Source: Elainellaceae cyanobacterium
GTDB lineage: Bacteria; Cyanobacteriota; Cyanobacteriia; CAZCXK01
Length of the DNA: 31,023 bases
Reading direction: 5' to 3'
Assembly (NCBI GenBank): GCA_051117555.1
Contig: JBNPEG010000058.1
Location: 1-31,023, forward strand
Shown here: one piece after another, positions 9,813 through 19,044 of the stretch
How the letters are laid out: the number at the start of each line of letters is the position of its first letter
Position numbering within the stretch: the stretch's first letter is position 1
Made by a program: the position numbers and the translations under genes
The notes under the pieces: generated by a model
The model's database searches: none
What the model was told of the DNA's origin: nothing
What the model saw: only the letters and a program-made list of their open reading frames with translations

Positions 9813-9842
9813 GTAGTGTAGGGCGCAACGCCCCCACACTAC
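9813..9842. repeat. GTAG-type REP-like hairpin
   Basis: GTAGTGT-a-GGGCG-caa-CGCCC-cc-ACACTAC. Confidence 0.55.
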
Positions 9843-9982
9843 CGTGCTTAACTCACGCGCATACCGCTATATGAAAGCTTTGAAGCTCAAATATCTTCCC
9901 GTTGGAATGACGTATCCGTAATGAGCACCGTAACTATACGAGCAACGCATGCATAGCGATATGCGCTGGAGTCGGGCTATTA

Positions 9983-10801
9983 TCATTTTTTACTCGTCAC
10001 TTGCTCAATCAATGCAACAACCGCACTACGGCTGAGCTTTTCAGCTCCGTGTGCCAATACATCTAGCGTGGCGTGTGCCAATGCTAATGGAATTTGACAA
10101 AAATCGCGAGCGGGGCCTAACGGAAGTGCATGCGTATAGGCATCAGCAAGATTCAAGTTGCGGTGAGCATAGTTTCGCATATCTTCAGCCGTCCAACCAT
10201 CTGGGAAGAAATCGACTCCTCGCCGCAGGTCTTCAGCATGATTGCGGGCAATGTTGACTGCTTGCAGCCCACGTCCAAAGCCGAGTGCTTGAGTCCGGTT
10301 AGTCTGAGTCCCGTCATACCAACACCACACATCAGAGAGCATCAACCCTACGGAACCCGCGACGCTAAATGTGTAGCGGTCTAAATCGGCTTCCGTGTGA
10401 ATCGCCCAGTTAGACTCAGCCCAATGAGCCATTCGGTCAGCCATCGCAGCAGTCGCATCCCAGATTCGAGGCGCAATCGACGCCGGGGCTAATAATGCCC
10501 ATTCTCCAATCCGGAGTGTAACGTCTGGAAGCAGACCATGATGATTTTGCAACGCTACTGAGAAGTCGTGAATGGTTGATTGTTCTGTTGCGCTTTGTAT
10601 ATCTAAACTGAGCGATCGCAGTAGCTTAGCTTTCGTTTGACCATCCAATTCAGGATGATCTTCAATTTCATCAATTGCTCGCATACACAGATATGCGGAA
10701 GCAACAGCATCCAACAGATCGGGCGGTAAACGACTAATCGGAATATAGAAAGTCCGACTTGTGTCTTTAAGAACCTCTAAGGCACCTTTACGAAGATCCA
10801 T
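9983..10801 (-). CDS. Squalene/phytoene synthase family protein (probable squalene synthase)
   Basis: 'TSRTFYIPI', 'YLCMRAIDEIED', 'YTFSVAGSVG', 'FGRGLQAVNI'. Adjacent to hpnH. Confidence 0.9.
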   Translation of the reverse strand: MDLRKGALEVLKDTSRTFYIPISRLPPDLLDAVASAYLCMRAIDEIEDHPELDGQTKAKLLRSLSLDIQSATEQSTIHDFSVALQNHHGLLPDVTLRIGEWALLAPASIAPRIWDATAAMADRMAHWAESNWAIHTEADLDRYTFSVAGSVGLMLSDVWCWYDGTQTNRTQALGFGRGLQAVNIARNHAEDLRRGVDFFPDGWTAEDMRNYAHRNLNLADAYTHALPLGPARDFCQIPLALAHATLDVLAHGAEKLSRSAVVALIEQVTSKK

Positions 10802-11362
10802 CCAGTTAACTCCTCACACCAACTCGTGCTCTAGAATATATTTCTCGACGATAGAAGACTAGTCCATCTTTTCAAGAGGATGCGTCTGTCACGGAGAATA
10901 CGAAAAATTGATTATAAACCTCAAACACGATGTCAACCTTCGGCTGACGACATCTCATAGCAATACGCATTGAGTTTGGCGATGCAATGTCCAACGACCT
11001 CAACCTATGAGAGAGAACATATCATCAATTAAGTAATTTTCCTCATTGCCGATGATCAATCAATCACGTCAAGGAGGAGATTAAGATCCGGAACAGGAGC
11101 GCTTTTCCGAGACCGAACGCTTGTCATCTTTTGCTCAATGCCGTAAGCCTCATCATTGCATGCTTATCTGAAATGATGCTGAATAGAATTACATCCAAAG
11201 ATATATCAGCGCCTGAGTGAAGGCCCGTAGTGTGGAGAGCACCGCGTCCCATATCACCATTTCTATGCTTGACGCAATTGCAAATTGTTACATGCCGTGT
11301 CTTCATTAGAACGGATGCAACAACTCTGGTAATCTCACATGAGGCTGAATTGTATCGGATGA

Positions 11363-12433
11363 TCAGCCAAGATTGTGTTTAGGTAACCGTAGGAGACGAG
11401 ATTTCAGCGGGCTGAGAATTTGGTTGAGGCGACGAAGTTGCTCTGCCGTCCCCATGCAAATCAATAAGTCTCCAGTCATTAATTCGGTATCAGCCGTAGG
11501 GCCCGCAATGAGTGTGCCGTCAGCCCGACGAACTGCAAGTACGAGTGCGCCCGATTGCGATCGCAGCCGGGCATCTCGCAAGGTTTGCCCAACACACGCG
11601 CAGGTTTGAGGATCAAGAAGAAATTCTTCCATGTAGAAGGAGCGATCGGCTCCTGTAAGAATTCCATCGACAAAGTCCATCACTTGAGGACGCAACGCCG
11701 CAGCCGCTAGCCGTTTTCCCCCTGTGATATACGGAGAAACGACCGCATCGGCTCCTCCTCGCTGCAGTTTTTGAAGTGCTTCTTCCGTATTGGCACGGGC
11801 GATCGCTCGAATCTCGGGATTTAGAGTCTTTGCAGAAAGAACTGTATATAAGTTTTCCGCATCAGACGGCAGCGCTGTGACTAAACACACTGCCCGTTCA
11901 ATGCCAATCCGATGGAGCACCTCATCGAGCGTGGCATCGCCCTGTACAGCCGTGTAACCATATTCTTGGGCAAGCAACACAAGATCTAGTGAAAGGTCAA
12001 CCACCACAAACGGAATTCCCTCTGCATCGAATTCAAGCGCAATCTGTTGTCCGGTGCGTCCAAATCCGCAAATAATGTAGTGTTGTGTTAAGTCTTCAAT
12101 CACACGCTTCTGCTGTCCTAGACGAATTCCTTCTTGAAAGTAACCTTGGATCAAAGCTTCTGTAAATCGGTTAACAATATAGCCAATGCTAATGACTCCC
12201 ATCAAAATCAGGCTAATTGTAAAAATGCGCCCTCGATCATCTAACGGATGAACTTCTGTAAATCCAACAGTAGCTAACGTGATGATCGTCATGTAGGCAG
12301 CATCAATCCATCGCCATCCCTCTAGAATGCGATAGCCCAGCATACCAACGATAGTGAGAGAAATGACAGCACCCACACCAATCAGCAGCTCTTGGCGAAT
12401 TCGTTGATATTTTTCTTCAAATTTGGAATACAC
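11363..12433 (-). CDS. 2-TM potassium channel with RCK (TrkA-N/TrkA-C) domain
   Basis: Pore region 'YMTIITLATVGFTEVHPL' flanked by TM helices, RCK motif 'IICGFGRTG', 'GDAT', C-terminal TrkA-C. GTG start. Confidence 0.9.
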   Translation of the reverse strand: MYSKFEEKYQRIRQELLIGVGAVISLTIVGMLGYRILEGWRWIDAAYMTIITLATVGFTEVHPLDDRGRIFTISLILMGVISIGYIVNRFTEALIQGYFQEGIRLGQQKRVIEDLTQHYIICGFGRTGQQIALEFDAEGIPFVVVDLSLDLVLLAQEYGYTAVQGDATLDEVLHRIGIERAVCLVTALPSDAENLYTVLSAKTLNPEIRAIARANTEEALQKLQRGGADAVVSPYITGGKRLAAAALRPQVMDFVDGILTGADRSFYMEEFLLDPQTCACVGQTLRDARLRSQSGALVLAVRRADGTLIAGPTADTELMTGDLLICMGTAEQLRRLNQILSPLKSRLLRLPKHNLG

Positions 12434-12500
12434 TGTGTCTCAAATTAAAGAGATGGTAAAGCACGAACGAACGAAGAAAAATAAATAATTGAACTTTATC

Positions 12501-12592
12501 TATAGCAATCCCAGATGGGTTGTGAGCGGCGGAGCGGTCGGCGCCCGCTCCACCGCTCATACATAATTTACAAGCGATTTAGGATCGCTATA
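12501..12592. mobile_element. MITE-like element A (TATAGC-ended inverted repeats, internal GC-rich hairpin)
   Basis: Ends TATAGCAATCCCAGATGGGTTGTGA and, reverse-complemented, TATAGCGATCCTAAATCGCTTGTAA (19/25). Internal 15-bp stem 12523-12537 / 12545-12559 (14/15 paired). Confidence 0.7.
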
Positions 12593-13349
12593 TAAAACTC
12601 TATAAATATAGATAGTGAACACAATCCCAAAGATTGCTCAAGTCACAAATCATTCAGACTTCGCTAAGGAAGCATGTTACAGGGAATTACCAAGAAGAAT
12701 ACTTATAAAAAATTCATAGTAAGCACTATCAATTTTGTAAGCAATCGGGTTTTGAAGAAAGTCTGACGAAAATCATCATAGTGGTTTGCTAAGCACTCTA
12801 TTTTTTGGCATATATTCGATTTTGGATTGCACGGCGTCTAAAAAATTTCTTCAACCGAATTTAAAGAAGGCAAGCACTTTTTTTTAGTTAACGAGAAGTT
12901 GTACCAGCTTATCTTACGTATTACGCAACGATTGTTACTATACGCTTAGCGGCATGAGGGTGACGCTAAGACTAAGATTGACATCAAACTATCCAACAGG
13001 TTCCCCGAATTGCGAATACGTATCCAATGAACCTTAACATACACACGGAACTCTGAACTGCATCACGCATACCAGACGTCATGATATAGGAGTCCGGAAT
13101 TGATGAGTCAGTATATTTAGGGATGGCTCGAATCCTAATTAATCTTTTATGCGGCATCTAAATCAAATATCCGAATAGTTTGACTAAAAATTTCGCTAAT
13201 CCAAGCGGTTAAACTTTCCAGCGTTTTCACGCATTACATCTGATTGAAGATTCAGTAATCTATTAATAGATAACTATTGTTTTATAAATTACTAAGATTT
13301 TATATTCACGCTGGTTTACTCTGTTGTTTGCATACTCTTTGTAATCGTC

Positions 13350-13592
13350 ATGTCTTATCTATTTCTCGGATATTGTATCGGTGCCTCGGTTACATTTTGT
13401 ATTTGTATGACAGCGTTTTTAGGGGACGATTCTACGCCTAAAACCCAACTAGAGTCTTGGTTGGTCGTAGGTATCGCTACAATTCTTTGGCCCATTGTCA
13501 TGCCAATATCACTATTCAATGTGCTAAATAAATTAATCAAATCTTGGACTGCGGTTTCCCGCTTTCGCGTTAAAAACGTTAGGCTTCATTGA
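13350..13592 (+). CDS. Small two-helix membrane hypothetical protein
   Basis: 80 aa with two hydrophobic segments around 'F..D.STPKT...SW.V..IA..LWP.V.P.S', a pattern I recognise from small cyanobacterial hypotheticals. Confidence 0.7.
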   Translation: MSYLFLGYCIGASVTFCICMTAFLGDDSTPKTQLESWLVVGIATILWPIVMPISLFNVLNKLIKSWTAVSRFRVKNVRLH

Positions 13593-14135
13593 ATCGATGA
13601 ATAATTGAGGCTACCCACTTATCTCTAATTGCAATGATGGAATTCTTTCCGCTATACCGACGAGGTTGCTCAACTTGGCTCTTCATTACACTGCGCAATC
13701 ATTTTGCAGTTAATACGAGATGCACCTATTAGTACATACTATGTGAATCTCGATTAACGGATAAAGATAATAAAGCTGATCGTCAAAACTGCTTCTAACA
13801 AATGAATTCAGTCTTCTCGACTTAATATAACTCGCGCAGATAGGGTGAGGTCGTATGACAGCGACTGCTCTTCGATACGTTGCTATGTGTCTATCCCTAC
13901 TCTGCACCAAAGTATTGCCAGTCGGACAGCGAAGATTCTTAGATGCTTTTAAGGATTTAAACCAATAACATCATACTCTGAGGCAGTAGCTGATCCGGAT
14001 ATGCGAGTTTTTTCCAACGATTCCCAAGGAGTCGCTTGGCTCAATCCGAGAGTAACGAAGCTGACCATAACCTGCTCTCTTGATAAGAAGCAAGGATGGG
14101 TTAGCGTTAGAGTAACCCATCGAAAGTATTGCTAG

Positions 14136-14215
14136 TGTTGGGTTAATTCCTGTGGAGACGCTTCGCGTTTCTTTTATGCCCCTTGGGCTATACGCTCCGC
14201 TCAACGCCAACCTAC
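14136..14215 (-). repeat. Interrupted GTAG-type REP element
   Basis: Minus strand GTAGGTTGGCGTTGAGCGGAGCGT...AACCCAACA, with the two parts separated by about 47 nt. Confidence 0.55.
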
Positions 14216-14278
14216 ATTAGAACTTTTGTCAGTCAACGAGGGGACAGTTGAGATGTCTCAGGCGATCTCTAATACCAA

Positions 14279-14319
14279 GTCGATCTGCACTCTCAAAACG
14301 TCGATCTGCACTCTCAAAA
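14279..14319. repeat. Tandem duplication, 21-bp period
   Basis: GTCGATCTGCACTCTCAAAA occurs twice (14279-14298, 14300-14319). Confidence 0.95.
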
Positions 14320-14321
14320 TC

Positions 14322-15554
14322 CTAATTCGCTAAACCCACTGCCTCAATCGCAGCTTCAAGGGCGATCGCCACGTGAGTCCAATGGGTGCCGCCTTGACAA
14401 AACACCACATATGGCTCCCGTAGTGGTCCATCTGCGGATAACTCAGATGTGCTCCCGTCGATAAACGTTCCTCCTGCCATGATTAATGGGCTTTCGTACC
14501 CCGGCATCTGGTCTGGCACCGGGTTTAAGTATGCCCCAACCGGAGACTGTTGCTGAATCGCGCGACAAAATGCAATTACCTTTTCGGGAGAGCCGAGCTT
14601 AATCGCTTGAATTATGTCTCGTCGGGGAGCATCGGGTAAGGGATTGACCGGATAGCCCAATTCTTGAAACACATACGCCGTCAGATGGTTGCCTTTCATC
14701 GCTTCTCCAACCATTTGAGGCGCTAAAAACAATCCTTGAAACAGCAGCCGATTTTGATCGAATGTTGCCCCACCGTGACTGCCAATTCCTGGCGCTGTTA
14801 GGCGACAGGCAGCCGCTTCAACCCACTCGGCGCGTCCTGCGACATAGCCCCCTGCTGTCACAATAGTGCCCCCCGGATTTTTGATGAAGGAGCCGGCAAT
14901 TAAGTCAGCGCCAACGGCAGTGGGTTCTTGATCCTCAATGAATTCGCCGTAGCAGTTGTCAACAAAGCACACGGTGTGAGGATTCTGGCGCTTAACGATA
15001 TGAACAATGTTGGCAATATCGGCGATCGCCAAACTGGGTCGCCACGAATATCCACACGAGCGCTGGATTAGCACGAGACGAGTTTCGGGATAGATCGCAT
15101 GGGTCAGCGTCTGCCAATCGATTTCTCCCGTGTCTGTCAAATCTAACTGGCGATATCGAATCCCAAATTCCTTCAAGGAGCCTTGGAGCTGTCCCCGAAT
15201 GCCAATGACTTCCTCTAGCGTGTCGTAGGGTGCCCCAGCGACAGATAGCATCTCATCTCCTGGGCGTAGAATGCCGAACAGAGCACAGGCGATCGCATGC
15301 GTTCCTGAAACAAATTGCACCCGAACGGCAGCAGCCTCAGCCCCCATAATGTCGGCAAAAACCCGATCGAGAGTATCTCTACCCAAATCGTGATGCCCAT
15401 ATCCCGTGACACTGGAAAAATGATGAGTGCCGACATTGTGATGGCGCATCGCAGACAAGACTCGTCTGAGATTTGTCTTGACCTGGGCGTCAATTCCAGC
15501 AAAGATCTGGAACAGTGCCTGTTCTGCTCGCTGGAGCTGTTCAGAACTATTCAT
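14322..15554 (-). CDS. Methionine gamma-lyase family PLP enzyme (YnbB / aluminium-resistance family)
   Basis: 'FVSGTHAI', 'IQRSCGYSWRPS', 'FVDNCYGEF', PLP-lysine motif 'AGSFIKNPGG', 'GGTFIDGSTSELSADGP'. Confidence 0.92.
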   Translation of the reverse strand: MNSSEQLQRAEQALFQIFAGIDAQVKTNLRRVLSAMRHHNVGTHHFSSVTGYGHHDLGRDTLDRVFADIMGAEAAAVRVQFVSGTHAIACALFGILRPGDEMLSVAGAPYDTLEEVIGIRGQLQGSLKEFGIRYRQLDLTDTGEIDWQTLTHAIYPETRLVLIQRSCGYSWRPSLAIADIANIVHIVKRQNPHTVCFVDNCYGEFIEDQEPTAVGADLIAGSFIKNPGGTIVTAGGYVAGRAEWVEAAACRLTAPGIGSHGGATFDQNRLLFQGLFLAPQMVGEAMKGNHLTAYVFQELGYPVNPLPDAPRRDIIQAIKLGSPEKVIAFCRAIQQQSPVGAYLNPVPDQMPGYESPLIMAGGTFIDGSTSELSADGPLREPYVVFCQGGTHWTHVAIALEAAIEAVGLAN

Positions 15555-15675
15555 TCCTCGTTCGTTCTTAGGTTTTTAATGACGGACAATTGCGCAGCCT
15601 GACCGCAGGTTGAGCATTTTACTGTTCACCCATTGTCGCGCAGAACAGATGTTATATTTCGATTGAGATTACTGA

Positions 15676-16491
15676 ATGACTACCACAATTTCGACTAAAC
15701 CTCCGGTTGTATGGAGTACGACCGTGTTCATGGTGATACTTCACCTCGGGGCATTGCTTGCATTTCTGCCTCAAACCTTTAGCTGGAGCGCAGTTGGGCT
15801 CACTTTATTTTTACATTGGCTTACAGCCGGGGTTGGCATCACCTTAGGTTGGCACAGACTGCTCACCCACCGTAGTTTTCAAACACCAAAATGGCTGGAA
15901 TATCTTTTAGTGTGTTGTGGAACCCTATCCATGCAGGGGGGGCCGATTTGGTGGGTTGGGCTGCATCGCCATCATCATCTGTATTCAGATCAGGCGGGCG
16001 ATCACCACGACTCTAAAAAGGGATTTTGGTGGAGCCACATGGAATGGATGTTCTATCAAGTTCCGGCTGAGCAAGAAATTCCTCGATTTACAAAAGATAT
16101 TGCCCATGATCGGCTCTATCAGTTTTTAGACCGCCACTTTTTTTTAATTCAACTTGCGTTTGCCGGCGTGCTTTTCTTAGTGGGTGGATGGCCTTTTTTG
16201 ATTTGGGGTATCTTTGTGCGCTTAGTCTTGGTTTACCACACAACCTGGCTAGTAAACAGCGCCACTCATAAATTTGGCTATCGAAGCTATGAGTCAGAGG
16301 ACTGTTCAACAAACTGTTGGTGGGTGGCTATTATTGCCTATGGTGAGGGCTGGCATAACAATCATCACGCGTTTCAATACTCTGCTCGTCATGGCTTGAA
16401 GTGGTGGGAGATTGACGCGACGTGGATGATGATTCGAGTCCTCGAATCACTCGGGCTTGCTCGAAACATCAAACGCGTAGAAAACATCTAG
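15676..16491 (+). CDS. desC: Delta-9 acyl-lipid desaturase, copy a
   Basis: His boxes 'WHRLLTH', 'HRHHH', 'GEGWHNNHH'. Confidence 0.9.
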   Translation: MTTTISTKPPVVWSTTVFMVILHLGALLAFLPQTFSWSAVGLTLFLHWLTAGVGITLGWHRLLTHRSFQTPKWLEYLLVCCGTLSMQGGPIWWVGLHRHHHLYSDQAGDHHDSKKGFWWSHMEWMFYQVPAEQEIPRFTKDIAHDRLYQFLDRHFFLIQLAFAGVLFLVGGWPFLIWGIFVRLVLVYHTTWLVNSATHKFGYRSYESEDCSTNCWWVAIIAYGEGWHNNHHAFQYSARHGLKWWEIDATWMMIRVLESLGLARNIKRVENI

Positions 16492-16536
16492 CTTTAAATC
16501 ACGTTATTTTTTAATTGTTGAGATTGAGATTTTTGC

Positions 16537-17349
16537 ATGACCACCGCATCATTAACTAAACTTCCGCGTGATTGGGCTGTCATCGCGATTATGACAATCA
16601 TTCATGCTGGGGCACTATTTGCGTTGCTGCCCAGCAACTTTAGCTGGACGGCTGTCGGGCTTGCCGTCTTTTTGCATTGGGTTACAGGCGGCTTGGGCAT
16701 TACGCTAGGATGGCATCGTCTTGTCAGTCATCGCAGCTTCCAGACCCCCAAATGGCTAGAGTATTTTTTCGTGTTCTGCGGAACACTCGCGCTACAGGGG
16801 GGCCCCATTTGGTGGGTTGGGCTGCATCGCCATCACCACGTGTATTCAGATCAAGACGTGGATCATCATGATTCCAATAAAGGATTTTGGTGGAGTCATA
16901 TGGGATGGATGCTGTATGAAGTCCCAGCAGAGAATGAAGTTCCTCGCTTTACTCAAGACATTGCAGACGACCCGGTTTATCAGTTTTTAGAAAAAAACTT
17001 CCTGTTTCTTCAAATTGGGTTGGCGATCGCCCTCTACCTGCTCGGCGGTTGGTCATTTGTAGTTTGGGGCGTTTTTGTGCGCCTGATGCTGGCATATCAC
17101 TGTACGTGGCTGGTCAACAGCGCCACCCATAAATTTGGCTATCGAAGCTACGATGCTGAGGATAAATCTACTAATTGCTGGTGGGTTGCTCTGTTGACCT
17201 ATGGCGAAGGCTGGCACAACAATCATCACGCATTTCAATATTCGGCTCGTCATGGTTTGACATGGTGGGAACTTGACTTAACCTGGATGACGATCCGGTT
17301 TCTACAAGCTGTAGGGTTGGCGAACAAGGTCAAGCTTGCCCCTAAATAA
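16537..17349 (+). CDS. desC: Delta-9 acyl-lipid desaturase, copy b
   Basis: His boxes 'WHRLVSH', 'HRHHH', 'GEGWHNNHH'. Close paralog of the upstream gene. Confidence 0.9.
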   Translation: MTTASLTKLPRDWAVIAIMTIIHAGALFALLPSNFSWTAVGLAVFLHWVTGGLGITLGWHRLVSHRSFQTPKWLEYFFVFCGTLALQGGPIWWVGLHRHHHVYSDQDVDHHDSNKGFWWSHMGWMLYEVPAENEVPRFTQDIADDPVYQFLEKNFLFLQIGLAIALYLLGGWSFVVWGVFVRLMLAYHCTWLVNSATHKFGYRSYDAEDKSTNCWWVALLTYGEGWHNNHHAFQYSARHGLTWWELDLTWMTIRFLQAVGLANKVKLAPK

Positions 17350-17378
17350 AGAGTATGGATTCAAATACCCTACTCAAA

Positions 17379-18629
17379 CTATTCGCATCCGTTGCCCTGC
17401 ACAATGCGTTTGATCGTCATCAACGAATCAAAACTAATCGGACCTCGGCGATGCCCCTTCTGGCTAGACATGCCTAGCGCAATGGGGCTATCTCGCTTAG
17501 GGTGGCGATAAAATCGCGGCGAGGCATTCACATACACGGTAGCACTGCCGACATTTGCGGCAAAGTGTCGGCTTTCATGATAAGACTCTGTCACAATGCA
17601 ATCGGCATGTCCGCTGCTGTGCTGATTAATCCACTCGATTGCCTCATCTAGCCCACTGACAACCTTAAATGCGATCGCAGGCTTTAAATAGGCGTGGTTC
17701 CAATCGTCATCTTGGGCTAGAGAGAGCTCTTTAAACTCAGAAACCAGCTTTGCATCACCCCTAAGCTCAAAGCCTTTTTCTTTAAGCGCTTTGAACAAGG
17801 CAACTAGCAGACTTGGGTCAAAATCTTGATGGATCAAAACCTTCTCAATGGCATTGACCGGATCGGGTTCACTTTGATGGCTGTCTAAAATCATCCAGCA
17901 TGCTACATCTAACTCACCCGACGGCGCCCAATAGAGGTAACAGTTGCCAATAGCGGTTTTGAGCACAGGTACAGTCGCCTGCCGAATCACCTGCTGTACT
18001 AAACTCGCACGGCCATAGGGAATGACCAGGCTGACATGCCGATCTTGAGTGACCAAATTTCGAGTGGCATCGCCCTGATCCAAGGGAATGAGCTGAACAC
18101 ACGTCACAGGTAAATTCGCGTCTTCAAGAGCAAGCTGTAACGTGTCAGTCATGATTTGGTTAGAATGGCTTGCCTCGTTGCCCCCTTTGAGAATCAAACT
18201 GTTACCCGCTCGCATACACAATCCCGCGGCGATCGCAGCAAGTTCAGGAAACGATTCATACACAAGCGCAATCACCCCAAGCGGCATCAACTGACAAAAT
18301 GTTTGACAGCGTTCTACCTGATGAAATGTATTGAGTATCTGCTGAGTCGGATCGGTCAGCTCGGCCAATCGTTCTAAAATTTGAATCGTTGTTTGGAGCC
18401 GTTCGGGAGTCAACTTCAGCCATTCCAAGATAATTTCTGGAATCGCCATTTCACGACTCGTCTCTAAATCCAGCGTATTGGCTTCTAAGATGTCATCTTG
18501 CCGTTCTTGGAGGGCATTTGCCATGCAATGAAGAGCACGACTGCGATCGCTCCCCTTTAGCGACGCTAGCACTAAAGAGGCTTGATGAGCCTGAGACGTA
18601 ATCTTGGTCAAATCGGATGAAGAATTCAA
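17379..18629 (-). CDS. Gamma-glutamyl phosphate reductase-like protein (ProA paralog, catalytic Cys absent)
   Basis: 'PLGVIALVYES', 'GNSLILKGGNEASHSN', 'VIPYG', 'VNASPRF'. The CNAxET motif reads VNAIEK. The exact start is uncertain (TTG). Confidence 0.85.
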   Translation of the reverse strand: MNSSSDLTKITSQAHQASLVLASLKGSDRSRALHCMANALQERQDDILEANTLDLETSREMAIPEIILEWLKLTPERLQTTIQILERLAELTDPTQQILNTFHQVERCQTFCQLMPLGVIALVYESFPELAAIAAGLCMRAGNSLILKGGNEASHSNQIMTDTLQLALEDANLPVTCVQLIPLDQGDATRNLVTQDRHVSLVIPYGRASLVQQVIRQATVPVLKTAIGNCYLYWAPSGELDVACWMILDSHQSEPDPVNAIEKVLIHQDFDPSLLVALFKALKEKGFELRGDAKLVSEFKELSLAQDDDWNHAYLKPAIAFKVVSGLDEAIEWINQHSSGHADCIVTESYHESRHFAANVGSATVYVNASPRFYRHPKRDSPIALGMSSQKGHRRGPISFDSLMTIKRIVQGNGCE

Positions 18630-18648
18630 GGAACCTGCGATTATCCGC

Positions 18649-19044
18649 CTATCGTCTACACGCCAACCAAAGGAGCAACACCAGCATAGCTGCTAGGACT
18701 AGGGCTGCTACCACCCGAAGAGCAATCGGAGACTGCAAAGTCGTAATCAGGAGTAACAGGACTAATACAAACAAAATCACGAGGGCGAGAGGCAAATATC
18801 CTCGCCCCAGGGTCGAATGAGATAAACTCCATTGATGCCCTGTCCAGCGCCAAGCCTTTTTATAAGGATACGTGGTTGAGAGCTGCTCAATCATATATCC
18901 GCTCTCGTGAACCACAAATATTTGCTGACATCGGTTGCAACCAAACGCCTCTGTAAGCGCAATCGGGATTAATCGACCACGACGACGGCATGGACACGGA
19001 TAGTCAACAGTTAGATCAATTTTATGGTGTTTCTGAGTCTGCAC
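18649..19044 (-). CDS. Hypothetical membrane protein with N-terminal Cys cluster (Zn-ribbon-like)
   Basis: 'YPCPC...FGCNRC' followed by two C-terminal hydrophobic helices. Ends 19 bp upstream of the proA-like ORF on the same strand. Confidence 0.75.
   Translation of the reverse strand: MQTQKHHKIDLTVDYPCPCRRRGRLIPIALTEAFGCNRCQQIFVVHESGYMIEQLSTTYPYKKAWRWTGHQWSLSHSTLGRGYLPLALVILFVLVLLLLITTLQSPIALRVVAALVLAAMLVLLLWLACRR

Noticed and set aside
9641..9874. 77-aa ORF after hpnH
   Set aside because: It runs through palindromic repeat DNA and has no recognisable motifs.
11087..11092. Isolated TCCGGA in the synthase / K+ channel intergenic region
   Set aside because: No NsiR1-like core or terminator at the expected distance. 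A hexamer alone is uninformative.
13710..14210. 66-aa and 79-aa minus-strand ORFs in the AT-rich region
   Set aside because: TTG starts and no motifs. The 79-aa ORF begins inside a REP-like element.
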